DNA of 37,614 nt, taken from assembly GCF_004010195.1 (NCBI RefSeq), contig NC_057718.1, forward strand, positions 29,903,245 through 29,940,858. Reading direction: 5' to 3'. The DNA comes from Chiloscyllium plagiosum. Lineage: Eukaryota. The notes under the pieces were generated by a model. It worked only from the letters and a program-made list of their open reading frames with translations. It was not told where the DNA came from and searched no databases. Position numbers and translations under genes: made by a program. The stretch's first letter is position 1. Each line of letters opens with the position of its first letter. Positions 34,738 through 37,614 of this stretch are shown in pieces.

Positions 34738-35925
34738 AGAGGATTGATCAGGGCAGAGCGGTGGATGTGATCTATATGGACCTCAGTAAGGCTCCCCATG
34801 GGAGACTGGTTAGCAAGGTTAGATCTCACGGAATATAGGGAGAACTAGCCATTTGGATACAGAACTGGCTCAAAGGTAGAAGACAGAGGGTGATGGTGGA
34901 GGGTTGTTTTTCAGACTGGAGGCCTGTGATCAGAGGAGTGCCACAAGGATCGGTGCTGGGCCCTCTACTTTTTGTCATTTACATAAATGATTTGGATGCA
35001 AGCATAAAAGGTACAGTTAGTAAGTTTTGCAGATGACACCAAAATTGGAGGTGTAGTGGACAGCGAAGAGGGTTACCTCAGATTACAACAGGATCTGGAC
35101 CAGATGGGCCAATGGGCTGAGAAGTGGCAGATGAAGTTTAATTCAGATAAATGCGAGGTGTTGCATTTTGGGAAAGCAAATCTTAGTGGGACTTATACAC
35201 TTAATGGTAAGGTCCTAGGGAGTGTGGCTGAACAAAGAGACCTTGGAGTGCAGGTTCATAGCTCCTTGAAAGTGGAGTCGCAGGTAGATAGGATAGTGAA
35301 GGCGGCGTTTGGTATGCTTTCCTTTATTAGTCAGAGTATTGAGTACAGGAGTTGGGAGGTCATGTTTTGGCTGTACAGGACATTGGTTAGGCCACTGTTG
35401 GAATATTGCATGCAATTCTGGTCTCCTTCCTATCGGAAAGATGTTGTGAAACTTGAAAGGGTTCAGAAAAGATTTACAAGGATGTTGCCAGGGTTGGAGG
35501 ATTTGAGCTATAGGGAGAGGCTGAACAGGCTGGGGCTGTTTTCCCTGGAGCGTCGAAGGCTGAGGGATGACCTTCTAGAGGTTTACAAAATTATGAGGGT
35601 CATGGATAGGATAAATAGACAAACTCTTTTCCCTGGGGTTGGGGAGCCCAGAACTAAAGGGCATAGGTTGAGGGTGAGAGGGGAAAGATATAAAAGAGAC
35701 CTAAGGGGCAATTTTTTTCATGAAGAGGTTGGTGCAGACATGGAATGAGCTGCCAGAGGATGTGGTGGAAGCTGGTACAATTCCACGATTTAAAAGGCAT
35801 CCGGATGGATATATGAATAGGAAGGGTTTAGAGGGATATGGGCCAAGTGCTGGCAAATGGGACTAGATTAGGTCAGGATGAGTTGGACCAAAGGGTTTGT
35901 TTCTGTGATGTACATCTCTCTGACC
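34738..35925 (+). mobile_element. Young CR1/HER1-type LINE, 3' ~1.2 kb
   Basis: [30 protein letters not shown], 230-aa open frame 35056-35748; CR1 tail to catctctctgac. Confidence 0.95.
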
Positions 35926-35926
35926 T

Positions 35927-36780
35927 GAGAACTGATCGTAAAATGTTGGTTTTATGCAGAAAATAGGGTGGTGGGAGGGGATAAACGATAGGTGGCGGTG
36001 GAGCTGAAAGAGAGAGGTTACCAATCAGGCTAGGAGAATGAACAGCTATTAATGGGGGACTGTTGGTGGCTAACAATGGGTTGTGTGCAATGGCAGACTT
36101 ATGATGACAAGACCTGGGGTGTGAGGCTTGGGGTAAGGACATGGGAGGTTGTGCTTCAAGCCCTACAGTTGTTGAACTCGATATTGAGTCCAGAAGGCTA
36201 TAGAATTCCCATGGGGAAAATAAGGTTCCCCTTCAACACACCATCTTGTTCCCTGGCCAACATCTCTGTCTTAGCAAACCTCAGCGCAAACTGGAAGAAT
36301 ACTTCATTTTTCCTTGGGAGCTCTATAGTTTTCTGAATTCAGTACTGAATTCAATAACTTTAGGGCTTAGCTTCTGCTATGACCTTTCCCCAATCTTCAC
36401 ACACCATCCTTGTTAGCACAAGGTCTGCTATTACAAACAACCCATTTTTAGCCACTAACAATCCCCATTTATAGATAGTTATTCATTCTACCAGCCTGAT
36501 CACTGTACACTCCTTTGTCTGTCCAAATGTTCTTCTCTCTTTTTGGGCTCAACCCCCACCTATTGTTTACTCCTTGTCCCCTCTCTCTCTTCCCCCAACC
36601 ACCTCACGTTCTGCATAAAACCAACATTTTACTAGCTACCATCTGTTCTGGGGCAAGGTAGTAGACCTGAAACGTTAACTTTGATTCTCTGTACAGTTGC
36701 TGTCGACCCTCTGAGCTTTTGCAGCAATTTGTGTTTTTGTTTCAGATTTCCAGCATGCACAATTCTTTTGGTTTTTATTT
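35927..36780. mobile_element. Fold-back PLE derivative: inverted 3' segment plus GIY-YIG end and terminal repeat
   Basis: 35927-36225 is the reverse complement of ~36300-36645 (aaaatgttggttttatgcagaa / ttctgcataaaaccaacatttt); cgcaaactggaagaa...gaattcaataacttt resembles RKLEE...EFNNF; degenerate hammerhead ttctggggcaaggtagtagacctgaaacgttaac at ~36646-36679. Confidence 0.8.
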
Positions 36781-36789
36781 TGATTTTTA

Positions 36790-37160
36790 AGAGAACATTG
36801 GTCAGGTACGCATGACAAATGAAATTCATTCCAGAAAGTGTAAGGTAGTATGTTTTGTTTGGAATAATGAGACAATGCATGCTACATGGTACAGTTTCTA
36901 TGGAGGTGCAAGAATGGCGGGATTCTGGCTTATGTTCAAATCTTTGAAATTGGTAGGGTTATGTTAACAAAACAGTTATGAAAGCTGAGAGATCATGGGC
37001 TTGAGAAAAACAGAGGCTTAGAGTACAGGGGGCGCAGACAGGAGTTGGGTGGGTGGGGGGCGGGTGGAGTTCGGGGTGGAGGCAGACGGTGGTGGGGTTG
37101 GGGAGAGGTGGGGTGGGGTGCAGGGGCTCGCACGTGGTGTGCTGCTGCCTAGTCTCCTGA
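36790..37160 (+). mobile_element. Old CR1 fragment whose right part is G-corrupted
   Basis: atgacaaatgaaattcattccagaaagtgtaagg (WQMKF-PEKC-V); gtggagttcggg and ggggtgcagggg echo CR1 gtgcagttctgg and agggtgcaga. Confidence 0.6.
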
Positions 37161-37177
37161 ACAGGGAGCATACTTAA

Positions 37178-37278
37178 CAGAGGACTCCGAGCCCCAGAGG
37201 AAATCAATTAACCGAATAATCAATTATCCGAACGAAGTCGTGTCCGCCCATCTTGTTCAGATAATCGAGATTCCTCTG
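37178..37278. mobile_element. Tigger/pogo-like MITE at a TA site (left end damaged)
   Basis: Right end reads TA-CAGAGGAATCTCGATTATCTGAAC on minus; left end begins cagagga; inserted in the CR1 DVVY codons. Confidence 0.65.
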
Positions 37279-37486
37279 TACACCACGTTGACTGCTTTAC
37301 CATCATCCACCTGTCGGTCACCGTCTTAAAGAACTCAATTAGGTTTGTGAGGCACGACCTGCCCTTCACAAAACCATGTTGACTATCCCAAATCAACTTA
37401 TTCCTTTCTAGATGATTATAAATCCTATTTCTTATAACCTTTTCCAACACTTTACCCACAACCAAAGTAAGGCTTACTAGTCTGTA
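37279..37486 (-). mobile_element. CR1 RT fragment
   Basis: VVGKVLEKVIRNRIYNHLERNKLIWDSQHGFVKGRSCLTNLIEFF. Confidence 0.95.
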
Positions 37487-37614
37487 AGGAGAAAGTGAGG
37501 TCTGCAGATGCTGGAGATCAGAGCTGGAAATGTGTTGCTGGAAAAGCGCAGCAGGTCAGGCAGATCCAGGGAACAGGAGAATCGACGTTTCGGGCATAAG
37601 CCCTTCTTCAGGAA
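37487..37614 (-). mobile_element. PLE terminal repeat running off the window
   Basis: ggagaaagtgaggtctgcagatgctggagatcagagc...; same family as 23287-23520. Confidence 0.9.
37582..37613 (-). ncRNA. Minimal hammerhead ribozyme motif
   Basis: UC-CUGAAGA-A-GGGC uuau GCCC-GAA-ACGU-C-GA. Confidence 0.8.

Noticed and set aside
35056..35748. 230-aa ORF as a domesticated RT gene
   Set aside because: A young 5'-truncated CR1 with frameshifts on both sides, nearly identical to three other copies in the window.
37030..37150. G-run-rich stretch as a G-quadruplex or GC-rich promoter
   Set aside because: It retains a CR1 skeleton with A, C and T all shifted towards G and sits between unrelated truncated repeats; low-quality gap-fill sequence is the simpler explanation.

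Overview
Vertebrate, almost certainly elasmobranch (shark-type), non-coding DNA dominated by decayed retroelements: many CR1/HER1-type LINE fragments, one end-to-end but internally deleted L1-clade element with a target-site duplication (TSD), an RTE-clade remnant, several Penelope-like elements (PLEs), HE1-type V-SINEs, a DeuSINE-like fragment, a solo LTR and a Tigger-like MITE. The taxon is inferred from the repeat families. The only host coding sequence I recognise is one 112-nt + strand exon (33952-34063) of a PPM1A/PPM1B-family PP2C phosphatase. There are two N gaps (365 N and exactly 500 N) and one single N. The most notable structure is a set of minimal hammerhead-ribozyme motifs (CTGAnGA-x-stem II-GAA-palindrome-H) in the termini of at least three PLE families. 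Several sit in small TSD-flanked fold-back insertions whose turn lies in or beside the ribozyme. Other points: a cluster of A-to-G changes in one CR1 copy, an apparent strand-composition flip near the 500-N gap, and weak candidate minus-strand exons. Family names come from recalled motifs, not database searches, and most repeat boundaries are approximate.
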